From the IMG/VR virus record IMGVR_UViG_3300030372_003559, positions 1 through 36,128 of that record: 36,128 nucleotides of DNA. One strand, written 5' to 3'. This document shows positions 9,355-17,958 of this stretch, piece by piece (within the stretch, counting starts at the first letter, position 1; every line of letters starts with the position of its first letter). The DNA comes from a virus. Taxonomy: Duplodnaviria > Caudoviricetes. The notes below the pieces were generated by a model. The model worked only from the letters and a program-made list of their open reading frames with translations. It searched no databases and had not been told where the DNA came from. The position numbers and the translations under genes were made by a program.

Positions 9355-9636
9355 TTAGCTTGAGGGATTCTCTTCCCCCAACAACATATTTCCTTGTATA
9401 GCTTTGAATATTTCAACTCTATCATCAAAAGACATAGCCATTAATGCCTTATCAGATGTGTCGCCATCTATACCTGTTCTTAGATATTTGGTGAGAGTAG
9501 AGTGCATCATTTTGACTTCCTTTATCTCACCATTATCCATCACATATTGTGTATTATCTAGTAAGTAATCTCTATCATCTAAAGTTAATTCTTTTAACTT
9601 TATCTTATTACCATTTTTAAGTTTAATTTCTTTCAT
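9355..9636 (-). CDS. Tail assembly chaperone (gpG-like)
   Basis: 93 aa between tail tube and tape measure; AAGGA SD; GGGGGAA near the 3' end. Confidence 0.8.
   Translation of the reverse strand: MKEIKLKNGNKIKLKELTLDDRDYLLDNTQYVMDNGEIKEVKMMHSTLTKYLRTGIDGDTSDKALMAMSFDDRVEIFKAIQGNMLLGEENPSS
9373..9379 (-). other. Putative programmed -1 frameshift slippery site G GGG GAA
   Basis: TTG GGG GAA in the chaperone frame; -1 frame continues into 8927-9247. Confidence 0.7.
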
Positions 9637-9648
9637 TATTTTCCTTTA

Positions 9649-10641
9649 TTATGATGTTATATCAAAAGTTACTAAAGCATCAGTACCATCATCAACAGCT
9701 TTTATTGAACAATCTAACATCATTATATCGCCTTCATTGTATGCCACATTAGTGAATACTCCATTTTGCACATCTATACCATAAGCATTGTTATTTACTA
9801 CTACAAACATATTACCTGATTGCGCTGCAGTTTGTGTATCAAAACTATTTACAAATGATTTTGTGCTTCCATCGTATTTTATTGTTGTATCAACTGTTAC
9901 TGCGCATTCTGCACCTCTTGATACAGCCTCATAACCTGTAGAGGTAAATCCAGTAAATATAGCAGGATGATCTACTGTTAAGGCAAATGACTGCATTATA
10001 ATGCTAGTATTAAATACTTTCATTCCACTAGCTGTAGCTAATGTCATGTCAGTAGTATTAGCATATATATTATTACCTGCAGCTGTAGATGACTCATTTA
10101 GATCTGGCTTTACACCTGACTGTAAGGTTGCTGAAAATTTATATCTTCCACCCTCTGTTCCTGTATCGGCTGATACTGAAAAATTAGTTACTACACATCC
10201 AGGAATTTCTAGTGACCTTTGATTTGTGTGATCTGATGACTTTATAACAACAGTTAATGATGACGCTGCATTTGTTACTGCAGAGCCATAAAGTTGCGAT
10301 GTTCCTGTATGATTTGTAGCTACAGATGGATCACCTGAAACATCATTACATATATTTTGAGCTAACAAATTATGTCCTGTGTCATTATGTAAAGTTCCTG
10401 ATATTGATAATTCAGTTACTCTAATTATATTGTCTTGAAAAAAATCTTCATCCTTAAAAGTTCTTCCGACTCCACTTCTAACATCCAATACTTGATTCAC
10501 ATTTAAACTTGGAAATCCAACTGAATCCACGTCTAATTGGTGCATATTACTAGCATGAATACCTGACGCTCCTGCATCGGTTGCATCTGAAGCTATGAAA
10601 ACTTGAAACTCTTTTGGCGAAAATGCGTGTGCTACTGCCAT
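9649..10641 (-). CDS. Major tail tube protein
   Basis: 330 aa beta-rich protein; EIPGCVVTNFSVSAD..GGRYKFSATL pattern; position before chaperones and tape measure. Confidence 0.8.
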   Translation of the reverse strand: MAVAHAFSPKEFQVFIASDATDAGASGIHASNMHQLDVDSVGFPSLNVNQVLDVRSGVGRTFKDEDFFQDNIIRVTELSISGTLHNDTGHNLLAQNICNDVSGDPSVATNHTGTSQLYGSAVTNAASSLTVVIKSSDHTNQRSLEIPGCVVTNFSVSADTGTEGGRYKFSATLQSGVKPDLNESSTAAGNNIYANTTDMTLATASGMKVFNTSIIMQSFALTVDHPAIFTGFTSTGYEAVSRGAECAVTVDTTIKYDGSTKSFVNSFDTQTAAQSGNMFVVVNNNAYGIDVQNGVFTNVAYNEGDIMMLDCSIKAVDDGTDALVTFDITS

Positions 10642-10817
10642 TATTTAGCCTCCTTTTTATTAGTAGTTAAATCTACTAAATGATTAATTGAATCAGGTAC
10701 TTCTTTCATCTCTATCTCTTGACCTGAATGTAATTTATTCCAATCTTCTAATGTTACGCCACATTCTTTCCAAATATTCGGCAACTTTTGACTGCTATCT
10801 TTTAATTTTACTTTCAT
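10641..10817 (-). CDS. Hypothetical small protein (58 aa)
   Basis: AGGAG SD before ATG 10817 (shorter than the track call); stop abuts tail tube start. Confidence 0.7.
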   Translation of the reverse strand: MKVKLKDSSQKLPNIWKECGVTLEDWNKLHSGQEIEMKEVPDSINHLVDLTTNKKEAK

Positions 10818-10825
10818 AACTACTC

Positions 10826-11260
10826 CTAACTTATGTTTCCTAAATGCTGAGCTTTCCACTCCCACTCTACAACATATGCCTCTTCATCTTCATCAGCGTT
10901 TAAAGTTGTAGTTTCAAATCTGCAATTAAATAGATTACTTGAATCTGTAAGTGTCATAGCTATATTGTCATGTATTAATGCTTCAATTCTTGATGTCATT
11001 CTCATTACATGATCTAAAGCTGTTTCTCTCATATTCTTCTCAAAAAAATAATATAAGACTTGTATAGTAAACTCTCTAGTTTCACTTGTTGTATTATATT
11101 CTAACAAATCACTACTTACAGGAACTAATCTTAAATATTGGTTACCTGTAGTTTTTTGCATACCTCTATATACAGGCATACTGCCGCCAAACTCAGTTCT
11201 CAAAATAGACTGAAGTTTATCTATTATATTTTTCCAATTATTTGTAAATGTAACTGGCAT
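10826..11260 (-). CDS. Tail terminator/completion protein
   Basis: 144 aa, position just before tail tube, helix-strand pattern typical of gpU-like proteins. Confidence 0.6.
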   Translation of the reverse strand: MPVTFTNNWKNIIDKLQSILRTEFGGSMPVYRGMQKTTGNQYLRLVPVSSDLLEYNTTSETREFTIQVLYYFFEKNMRETALDHVMRMTSRIEALIHDNIAMTLTDSSNLFNCRFETTTLNADEDEEAYVVEWEWKAQHLGNIS

Positions 11261-12213
11261 TATAATCTAGTCATCCTTGCTGATCTCATACTAGAAGCAT
11301 TATCTACTTCTTCAAAATATCCTGACAACTCTATTTCCCATTTATCTCCTAGTGTTGCAGTATCTGCGGTGTCGCCACCAAAGCGTATTTCTAAACCTCC
11401 AGATAAAGACTGATATTGTCCATTTATCACCTCATCAGCAAAGTCTGCAGGTAAGCCATTATTCATTCTTTCTGCGCCTAAATTTTCACTATCTTTGCGC
11501 CATACAGAGTATTTAGCAGTACCTAATGCACCACCTGTAGTAATTTTCACTCCTACTCTATCATAAACGCCAAAATATCTACCTCTAGTATCAACTATCT
11601 TTAAACCACCACTTACAGAAACTTCTCTTACTATTCCTTTAGAGCTGTCTGCGGTTTTCATCCAAGACAACACATTGTCACCACTATTTAATTTATCTAT
11701 CTCAGCCTGTGCTTCCTCCATCATATTTGATGCCACTTCAGATGTAGGATCATGAGAACGTATAAGAAAAACTGTGGCAAGTAATGCTGTTGTTCGTACA
11801 ATTATATAGTCATAGTTACCATCTTTGTCTTTAAATTGTTCTCTAGGCAAAGTTTTATCTAATTTACTTTCTAAATATCTTGATGCGTTTTCTCTATATC
11901 TTTGTTTTAAAGTCGTCCAATCTTCACCTGCCTCTATAAGCATATCATTAGGATTCTTTGTAGCGTGAAAAACTTGCACAGAATCTGTAGTAGAAGAATA
12001 ATTATACTCATATGTGGCATTAGGAGAGTCTGTTACAGATGTTCCTTTAATACCATCAAAAAACAAATGAGTTATTAATCCAGTATTATTTGCCTGGTAT
12101 TGATTAGTTGTATCTGTATTTTCAAATCCATATATAGGTGTCTTATTATCAAAGTCATCAATATGTGGATATACGTCTTTCAATTCTCTATCTGTACAAT
12201 ATGCTACTGCCAT
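11260..12213 (-). CDS. Head-tail adaptor/neck protein with extra domains
   Basis: N-terminal AYCTDRELK, ASRYLESKL and helical C-part typical of gp6/gp15-like adaptors; position. Confidence 0.6.
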   Translation of the reverse strand: MAVAYCTDRELKDVYPHIDDFDNKTPIYGFENTDTTNQYQANNTGLITHLFFDGIKGTSVTDSPNATYEYNYSSTTDSVQVFHATKNPNDMLIEAGEDWTTLKQRYRENASRYLESKLDKTLPREQFKDKDGNYDYIIVRTTALLATVFLIRSHDPTSEVASNMMEEAQAEIDKLNSGDNVLSWMKTADSSKGIVREVSVSGGLKIVDTRGRYFGVYDRVGVKITTGGALGTAKYSVWRKDSENLGAERMNNGLPADFADEVINGQYQSLSGGLEIRFGGDTADTATLGDKWEIELSGYFEEVDNASSMRSARMTRL

Positions 12214-12458
12214 TATTTGCCTCGCATTCTTCTTCTAGTAGACTTAGAGTATTTAGCTCTTTGCTTACCTTTTTTACTCGCTGCTCTTTTCTTTCTATTT
12301 TCATATGCTTTCTGTGAAGCTGTCATAGACTTTCTAATAGATGCAGGTAAATATCTGCCTCTTTTTCTTCGAGGCTTTTTCTTATCACCTTTACTAATGT
12401 AGTCCCATTTTTGAGAACTCCATTTCTTTAATGACTTTTGTGGTTTTCTAAGTGCCAT
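12213..12458 (-). CDS. Small highly basic protein
   Basis: 81 aa K/R-rich, QKSLKKWSSQKW...GRYLP; stop/start overlaps on both sides. Confidence 0.8.
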   Translation of the reverse strand: MALRKPQKSLKKWSSQKWDYISKGDKKKPRRKRGRYLPASIRKSMTASQKAYENRKKRAASKKGKQRAKYSKSTRRRMRGK

Positions 12459-12649
12459 TACTTCTTGTAACCTCCACCTGCTTTTTTATAAGCACGAGCC
12501 AACATCTGCGCTTTTCTTGCGCTCCATTGACCTGCTCTACCACCTTTAGAACCTGCTTTTATCCTATAGAATAATCTTTTTCTCATAGTAGGTTTAGTAT
12601 AGTTACCTGCTTCATTTACTCTACTTTTTTTTCTTTTTTTTCTAGCCAT
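12458..12649 (-). CDS. Small highly basic protein (DUF5872-like)
   Basis: NYTKPTMRKRLF..IKAGSKGG.AGQWSARKAQMLA..YKKAGGGY. Confidence 0.8.
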   Translation of the reverse strand: MARKKRKKSRVNEAGNYTKPTMRKRLFYRIKAGSKGGRAGQWSARKAQMLARAYKKAGGGYKK

Positions 12650-12652
12650 TCC

Positions 12653-12910
12653 TTACCAAGCCTTACACGACCAATACCTTGCAGTAGTTCTGTCTTTTGC
12701 TGTTGCACATCTATGCCTAGCTCTAAAAGACTTTCTTCTAGCAGGACTTGACTTTTTAATTCTCATATTAGGATCACCAAACGTAATTCTTTTTACTCGA
12801 CCTTTGTCCTTAACAAATACTTGCGACTTTTTACGACCAAAACCTGGTTGTCCTCTTCGTATTCTAGAAGGTTTATTTAAACGAACTGTTCTGCCTTTAT
12901 ATTTAGCCAT
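12653..12910 (-). CDS. Small highly basic protein of a family common in aquatic phages
   Basis: VKRITFGDPNMRIKKSSPARRKSFRARHRC...TARYWSCKAW. Confidence 0.8.
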   Translation of the reverse strand: MAKYKGRTVRLNKPSRIRRGQPGFGRKKSQVFVKDKGRVKRITFGDPNMRIKKSSPARRKSFRARHRCATAKDRTTARYWSCKAW

Positions 12911-12911
12911 T

Positions 12912-12983
12912 TCACTTACGCTTTTTCATTCCTTTTTTCTTTTTTTTACCTTTATTCATTTTTCTACCATATTGAATTGCCAT
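12912..12983 (-). CDS. 23 aa Lys-rich peptide (not in ORF track)
   Basis: GGAG SD then MAIQYGRKMNKGKKKKKGMKKRK*, filling the gap between 12995 and 12910. Confidence 0.7.
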   Translation of the reverse strand: MAIQYGRKMNKGKKKKKGMKKRK

Positions 12984-12994
12984 AACTTCTCTCC

Positions 12995-14563
12995 TTATTT
13001 ATTAAATGCTATTATCTGTATTTTCGCTTTTCTTTTGTTACTTGTACTTCTTGCTCTTATACTTGTAAGAGTGTTTAATTGTGTGTTGCCGCCACAAGCT
13101 AGTCCTGAATTACCATTAGCAGAAAAAACAAAGTCTGCTCTACTTGGACATCCTGAAAGCGTCAAAGCACCTGTATCATAATCTATTGTTCCGCTACCTT
13201 GTGTTAATGATCCTCCAATTAAATTTCCAAAACCATCATCCATTAAATATGCTTCAGAGTTAGGAACTGATATTCCATCTTTTACAATATTATCATCAGG
13301 AAGCTTTGCTGCTACAGCTCCTTCAGGTGCTGCAGGTAATCTACCTATTGCTTGTGCAAATATTTCTGTTGTTGTGTCTGAACCACTTGTTCCTGCTGTT
13401 AGCGCGATAGCGGATGTAGAAAGATGTTGCTTTGAGGTTACCCTTATATCTCCGTTTACGATAGATACTGTCGCTCCTTTCTGAAAATTATTCTTACTAG
13501 CATCTGAAAATAAAGCATCTATAGCAGTTTGCAATTTTGCTACAAAACCATTTGCACCACCAAAAGTATCTATACTAGAGTCTGTTGTGATTGATATTTC
13601 GTCTGCTGTCGCTCCGTCTATACCAATCTTAACAAAATATTGTGTAGATGCAGTCAAACCTGTTTTTGTTGCTGATGTAATACCTGAAAGTCCAAACTCT
13701 TGAAACCCTGCTTCAAAAAACTTAATAGCTACAGTTCCTCTACACAAACCATCTAAAGTGCTAGATGCAACAGTTCTGTATTTGGCAAAAAAGTTTGTAG
13801 ACTTATAGTTGCCTGACACATCAGTAGATGCTGTAGAATATGTATTAAAATCGTCAAAATTATTAAAAAATGGAAGTCTTATCTGTGTATTATCTGCATG
13901 TGTTGCAGCAGTTGATCCAAATAATCCTCTTTTTACCGTTAAAGTATCTTCAGTACCACCAGAGTCTGTTATCGCTGTAATTTCCATTATCTCATCTTCG
14001 ATTCTAATTAAATCTCCTACTTTGAACAATCCTGCTGTTCCTGATGGAGAACCTGCATTATCATCTATATCAAAAGACGTAGCAGAAGCATCACTTGCCA
14101 ATCCTGATCCATCTACAAAAGCTGTTACTCCACCAAACATATTAGAATCTGGAGTTGCATTATCTACTGCAACTGTAGTACCATTCATAGCTGATTTAGT
14201 AGAACTATAATTAACAAGCATAGCATGAGGTATAATATAATATTCTAAAGGTCTTAGTAGCATTTGTATGTTACCATCTGTCGCGCCTGTTGTGTCACTC
14301 GCTCCTGCAGTTATACCTTGAACAATATGTTGAATTTCTGCAGGTTGATTAGAAGAATTATAAATACAAATAAATTGTGGATTTTCTATAGTTCCTGTAG
14401 TAGCGCCGCCTGATAAAGGATCAACTTGCAACAATCTTACAAAATCATCAGTTTCAGAAACCGACTGCTCTATATTTAATATTTCATTATATGTACTAGA
14501 GTTTTGAAATTCAAACTCTTTACCATTTGCACTTAACACTAATTGTGTATTTAAATTTGCCAT
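12995..14563 (-). CDS. Putative virion structural protein (fibre/collar-like)
   Basis: 522 aa Ser/Thr/Gly-rich; FKVGDLIRIEDEIMEIT...LTVKRG..GSTAATH small beta-barrel repeat and GSGTIDYDTG motif. Confidence 0.6.
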   Translation of the reverse strand: MANLNTQLVLSANGKEFEFQNSSTYNEILNIEQSVSETDDFVRLLQVDPLSGGATTGTIENPQFICIYNSSNQPAEIQHIVQGITAGASDTTGATDGNIQMLLRPLEYYIIPHAMLVNYSSTKSAMNGTTVAVDNATPDSNMFGGVTAFVDGSGLASDASATSFDIDDNAGSPSGTAGLFKVGDLIRIEDEIMEITAITDSGGTEDTLTVKRGLFGSTAATHADNTQIRLPFFNNFDDFNTYSTASTDVSGNYKSTNFFAKYRTVASSTLDGLCRGTVAIKFFEAGFQEFGLSGITSATKTGLTASTQYFVKIGIDGATADEISITTDSSIDTFGGANGFVAKLQTAIDALFSDASKNNFQKGATVSIVNGDIRVTSKQHLSTSAIALTAGTSGSDTTTEIFAQAIGRLPAAPEGAVAAKLPDDNIVKDGISVPNSEAYLMDDGFGNLIGGSLTQGSGTIDYDTGALTLSGCPSRADFVFSANGNSGLACGGNTQLNTLTSIRARSTSNKRKAKIQIIAFNK

Positions 14564-15351
14564 TACGCGCTCCTTAAACTGTATATTACCTGCATTGATA
14601 TTGTCAAATCAGCCGAAGTTCCATCCATCTTGACATTTGCAGTTATTGCCTTACCTAAATTTACATCTGCACTACTTATATTTAAAGTTTGAAAATAAGC
14701 TTGTTCATAACCTGCGCCTACTATGGCTGATGGTGAAACTGCAACTTCTGTACCGTTACTTAGATCACCACCTGTACTACCATTACTTGTATCAATGTCA
14801 TAGCTCATTAAACTAAATTGAACATCATCACCAGAACTTACATCAGCTCCAAACCAAACAATTACTTGGTTTAATGTTATGTTAAACGGTAAATACCACA
14901 AACATTGTACTACATCATCTGCTGTGGTTGATATTGTAAGTGATGTATTAGGTGTTGATCCTGAACCCATACTAGGTGCAGTAGAATTAAATCTTCCACC
15001 GCCAACAGAATCTAACATTGTCCAATTTGTTGTTGTTGGTTGAAAGTTTACAGATGATAACATAAATTGTTTAACTTGTGTATTAACAAACTGTCCTAAT
15101 GCTTTTACCTTTGTATTAGTGCTATCTACTTGTAGTAAGTTTGTACCACCTGCGTTTTTAACAGTTAAAACATCTGTTGTATTGTCGTTCTGTGGCTTTA
15201 TTGCTAATTGATCATCTGATATAGATGCACAAGAATTAGTACCATCACCACTTTTTATTTGCTTTGTAGATGTAGATACACCGTTATTACCATTGTCTAT
15301 CTGCAATAAGTCTTTGTAACTACTGGCTATTGTTTTGTTGGTTAAACTCAT
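14563..15351 (-). CDS. Putative virion structural/fibre protein
   Basis: 262 aa; MSLTNKTIASSYKDLLQI N-terminus, beta-rich C-domain; in late operon. Confidence 0.55.
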   Translation of the reverse strand: MSLTNKTIASSYKDLLQIDNGNNGVSTSTKQIKSGDGTNSCASISDDQLAIKPQNDNTTDVLTVKNAGGTNLLQVDSTNTKVKALGQFVNTQVKQFMLSSVNFQPTTTNWTMLDSVGGGRFNSTAPSMGSGSTPNTSLTISTTADDVVQCLWYLPFNITLNQVIVWFGADVSSGDDVQFSLMSYDIDTSNGSTGGDLSNGTEVAVSPSAIVGAGYEQAYFQTLNISSADVNLGKAITANVKMDGTSADLTISMQVIYSLRSA

Positions 15352-15722
15352 TATTTAAGAACTTTCTTTAAAACTCCACCTATAACTTCAAATATAATAG
15401 TAAAAATCTTTTCTTCAACTTTTTCAGAAAGAAATGGAATATCAATAGCTTTATTCACTTTATCAACTAAAATTTTCTTACCTTTTTCATCTTCAAAATA
15501 ATACATAATTTTATCTTTTACAGATAAAGATACTTCAGCTTTAGCTTCTTTTATCTCTTCTTCTATAGCGTCTTTAAAATTATTTTTAATTTCGTCGCCA
15601 TCAACTCCGACTTTGTCTAATAAAGTGTTTATTTTATCAAAATTCATTACTTTCTCCATTTTAAAGGTTATTCTATTGTCTATATAAAAAACTGGTAAAT
15701 TTGATACCGATACATTGTTCAT
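15351..15722 (-). CDS. Hypothetical protein
   Basis: ATGA overlap with upstream small ORF; NKAIDIPFLSEKVEEKIF motif; could also start at MNFDK. Confidence 0.65.
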   Translation of the reverse strand: MNNVSVSNLPVFYIDNRITFKMEKVMNFDKINTLLDKVGVDGDEIKNNFKDAIEEEIKEAKAEVSLSVKDKIMYYFEDEKGKKILVDKVNKAIDIPFLSEKVEEKIFTIIFEVIGGVLKKVLK

Positions 15723-15835
15723 TTCTTATATTTATCTATAATATGTATTACTCCAACCTTAAATACTAAATATAATATCCAAATTGGAAATGCTATTAAA
15801 AAAACAGATACTAAATATGATAATACCTCAAGCAT
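15719..15835 (-). CDS. 38 aa single-TM peptide (not in ORF track)
   Basis: MLEVLSYLVSVFLIAFPIWILYLVFKVGVIHIIDKYKK*; ATGA overlap with next gene. Confidence 0.6.
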   Translation of the reverse strand: MLEVLSYLVSVFLIAFPIWILYLVFKVGVIHIIDKYKK

Positions 15836-15842
15836 GAACATA

Positions 15843-15989
15843 TTATCTGCCTTTTGGCTGATACCTAATTATTGCATCTTTACAATACTCATATATCCAC
15901 CATCCATTATATTCACCATTTAAAGCATCTAACTGAGCTTTTCTTTGATGGTAAATATGGTTACTTCCTTTTTCTTGGTTTTTCATCAT
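15843..15989 (-). CDS. 48 aa hypothetical protein (not in ORF track)
   Basis: MMKNQEKGSNHIYHQRKAQLDALNGEYNGWWIYEYCKDAIIRYQPKGR*, fills the operon gap. Confidence 0.5.
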   Translation of the reverse strand: MMKNQEKGSNHIYHQRKAQLDALNGEYNGWWIYEYCKDAIIRYQPKGR

Positions 15990-16395
15990 CTCCCCATACT
16001 AAATCTTTATCGTTACTTGTTGCTACTTTCATACCATTACCACCTATTTTTATGTGGTTTTTATCCATCATAATTTCTGCACTTTTGTTTGTTTCTTGCA
16101 AGTGATGAACTAAGTCTTTTGCTACTGTTGCCAACGGATCTTCAGGTGGTGGTGGTGCGACCATAGATGTTAATACATTTATCAATCCTAAAGTAATTGT
16201 AGAGATCAAACCAGTTACAACCGCTAATTGACTTTCACCAAGATAATAAGCGGCGGCAATCAACATACAAGCCATAATCAATATAGTAGGCACACTAAAT
16301 ACACCTACCCAAAAACGCAACTTGTCTATCAACAACCTTCTAGCTGCAGCTCGTTCTTTCTTTTTTGCTTCTATTTCTACTTTAGACATTGCCAT
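15961..16395 (-). CDS. Two-TM membrane protein (holin/antiholin candidate)
   Basis: Two hydrophobic stretches, basic N-terminus, charged C-terminus; near lysozyme. Confidence 0.6.
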   Translation of the reverse strand: MAMSKVEIEAKKKERAAARRLLIDKLRFWVGVFSVPTILIMACMLIAAAYYLGESQLAVVTGLISTITLGLINVLTSMVAPPPPEDPLATVAKDLVHHLQETNKSAEIMMDKNHIKIGGNGMKVATSNDKDLVWGDDEKPRKRK

Positions 16396-17155
16396 CTATC
16401 TTTTCTCCATAAAGGCTTGTAACTCCATTTATAATTTGCATAAGGTGTACAGAAAAGTAACCTTTCTCAAAAAAGTCTACTATTGCAAAGCCATGACACC
16501 AATTATGCTCTCTACCACCTAACCACTCATTACTAGCATCAGACATATCTTTTAAACAACCTATACTCCAGGCTGACTTTTGTCCGTCTATATGTGTAGC
16601 ACTCATTTGTTGGATGTCATGCCAATGACCATACATAACATTAGCACCTAACTTTCTTAGATGATTAGCAGTATGATACTGACCTCCATACAAATGTCCA
16701 TGATAAAAATTTAATTTACCTATCTTTAAAAACTTTCCACAAGGATGATACTTGTAACCACGCTCTTTTAACTTTAAACAATTCTGTGGCTTGTACTGAG
16801 GTAAGTAAGGATGTTCTTCTACAAACTGATCTAACCATAGTTCGTGATTACCTTCAATAAAGTGTTTAGTTTCGCATCCTGCCTTATCTAACGCCTCATC
16901 TATCTGATCCATACCTTCATTAACATCATTAACGTCTTGATCTAATGTTGGTATTATTACTTCTAATGGTGGTCTTTTTTTTCTTTTCCATTTCCAATGC
17001 GAAAAGTTACCCCATTCTCCACTATCGCCTAAATCTACATATATGTCAGGCTTTATAATTTCAATAGTCTGTATAACACAATTAATAGCAGGTTGTGAAT
17101 GTAAAGGAAAATGTTTATCTGGTGTAACGATTGCTCTTTTTAAAACTTTCGCCAT
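16382..17155 (-). CDS. Calcineurin-like metallophosphoesterase
   Basis: D-x-H (PDKH), GD (DLGDS), GNHE, HGH, GHWH motifs. Confidence 0.9.
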   Translation of the reverse strand: MAKVLKRAIVTPDKHFPLHSQPAINCVIQTIEIIKPDIYVDLGDSGEWGNFSHWKWKRKKRPPLEVIIPTLDQDVNDVNEGMDQIDEALDKAGCETKHFIEGNHELWLDQFVEEHPYLPQYKPQNCLKLKERGYKYHPCGKFLKIGKLNFYHGHLYGGQYHTANHLRKLGANVMYGHWHDIQQMSATHIDGQKSAWSIGCLKDMSDASNEWLGGREHNWCHGFAIVDFFEKGYFSVHLMQIINGVTSLYGEKIDGNV

Positions 17156-17162
17156 CTTACCT

Positions 17163-17309
17163 CTATTGTATCTCTTTATTAATTTTAATAAGCATATAAA
17201 CTAATGTTGCCAATGCCGCCAAAGCACTCATTATCGGCGGCACATATTCTGTCCAATGCAACGCGCTTCCTGCTATTCCTACACCTGCTGTTCGTAAAGT
17301 ATCTAACAT
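17163..17309 (-). CDS. 48 aa holin-like membrane peptide (not in ORF track)
   Basis: MLDTLRTAGVGIAGSALHWTEYVPPIMSALAALATLVYMLIKINKEIQ*; overlaps the lysozyme stop. Confidence 0.65.
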   Translation of the reverse strand: MLDTLRTAGVGIAGSALHWTEYVPPIMSALAALATLVYMLIKINKEIQ

Positions 17310-17704
17310 TTTTTCATTTGGTTACTAAGTTTAATAGCTCTGTTAGGTGTCTGCTTCGCCCATAAACTATCAAGCATTTCTGCAGATGCCTTATCGTAAT
17401 CTTTTATTTCTAATGCTTTTAACATCTTCTTAAACTTACTTACACCAGTAAGTCCAAGCTGATATACCATTTCAAATACTACTTCACACTTATCTTGTGG
17501 CAACTCTCTTAAAAATGGAAACTTGTTATTAGTAGCATCTATAAGTTTATCTAGCTTTTTGTCAAGTATTAAGTCGCAAACTTCTTCATCTAATTCTAAG
17601 TCTTTAATTGCGAAGCCATAGCCTATTGTATCATAACCTAAGGTATCGGTATACACGGTGGATTTATATCCTTCATTTTCTTTAATTGATTCTATTAAGC
17701 TCAT
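17303..17704 (-). CDS. Endolysin, T4-type lysozyme (GH24)
   Basis: E-x8-D-x5-T triad in ENEGYKSTVYTDTLGYDTIGYG; SLWAKQTPNRA C-terminal motif. Confidence 0.93.
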   Translation of the reverse strand: MSLIESIKENEGYKSTVYTDTLGYDTIGYGFAIKDLELDEEVCDLILDKKLDKLIDATNNKFPFLRELPQDKCEVVFEMVYQLGLTGVSKFKKMLKALEIKDYDKASAEMLDSLWAKQTPNRAIKLSNQMKKC

Positions 17705-17949
17705 TCTGTTTCCTCAACTGTCCACTCTGATGTCGCTAAAGTGGTTAGTATTTGTGTGTGATTATATGTTACCATACCATTAAAGCAAGATGGTGTGTCG
17801 CCATCCCATTTTAATATTGCTTTAGTTCCATCTACTGACTTTCTTAATGTAGATGAACTTGTTTGTATTGCATTAGATACTAATTCTTCTAACTGCTCAT
17901 CTGTGTAGTCAGCCAAAGTTATTATTACCCATTTTCTATTACTAAACAT
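17701..17949 (-). CDS. Hypothetical protein, possible fibre chaperone/partner
   Basis: 82 aa, AGGAG SD; TLRKSVDGTKAILKW...YNH.QIL..L...EW; directly after the LamG gene. Confidence 0.7.
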   Translation of the reverse strand: MFSNRKWVIITLADYTDEQLEELVSNAIQTSSSTLRKSVDGTKAILKWDGDTPSCFNGMVTYNHTQILTTLATSEWTVEETE

Positions 17950-17958
17950 TTATTCTCC

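Noticed and set aside
12804-14210. + strand ORFs 12804-13181 and 13809-14210 (also 10001, 11138, 12100, 19520, 19889, 20240)
   Set aside because: Antisense frames kept open by the codon bias of Ser/Thr/Ala-rich structural genes.
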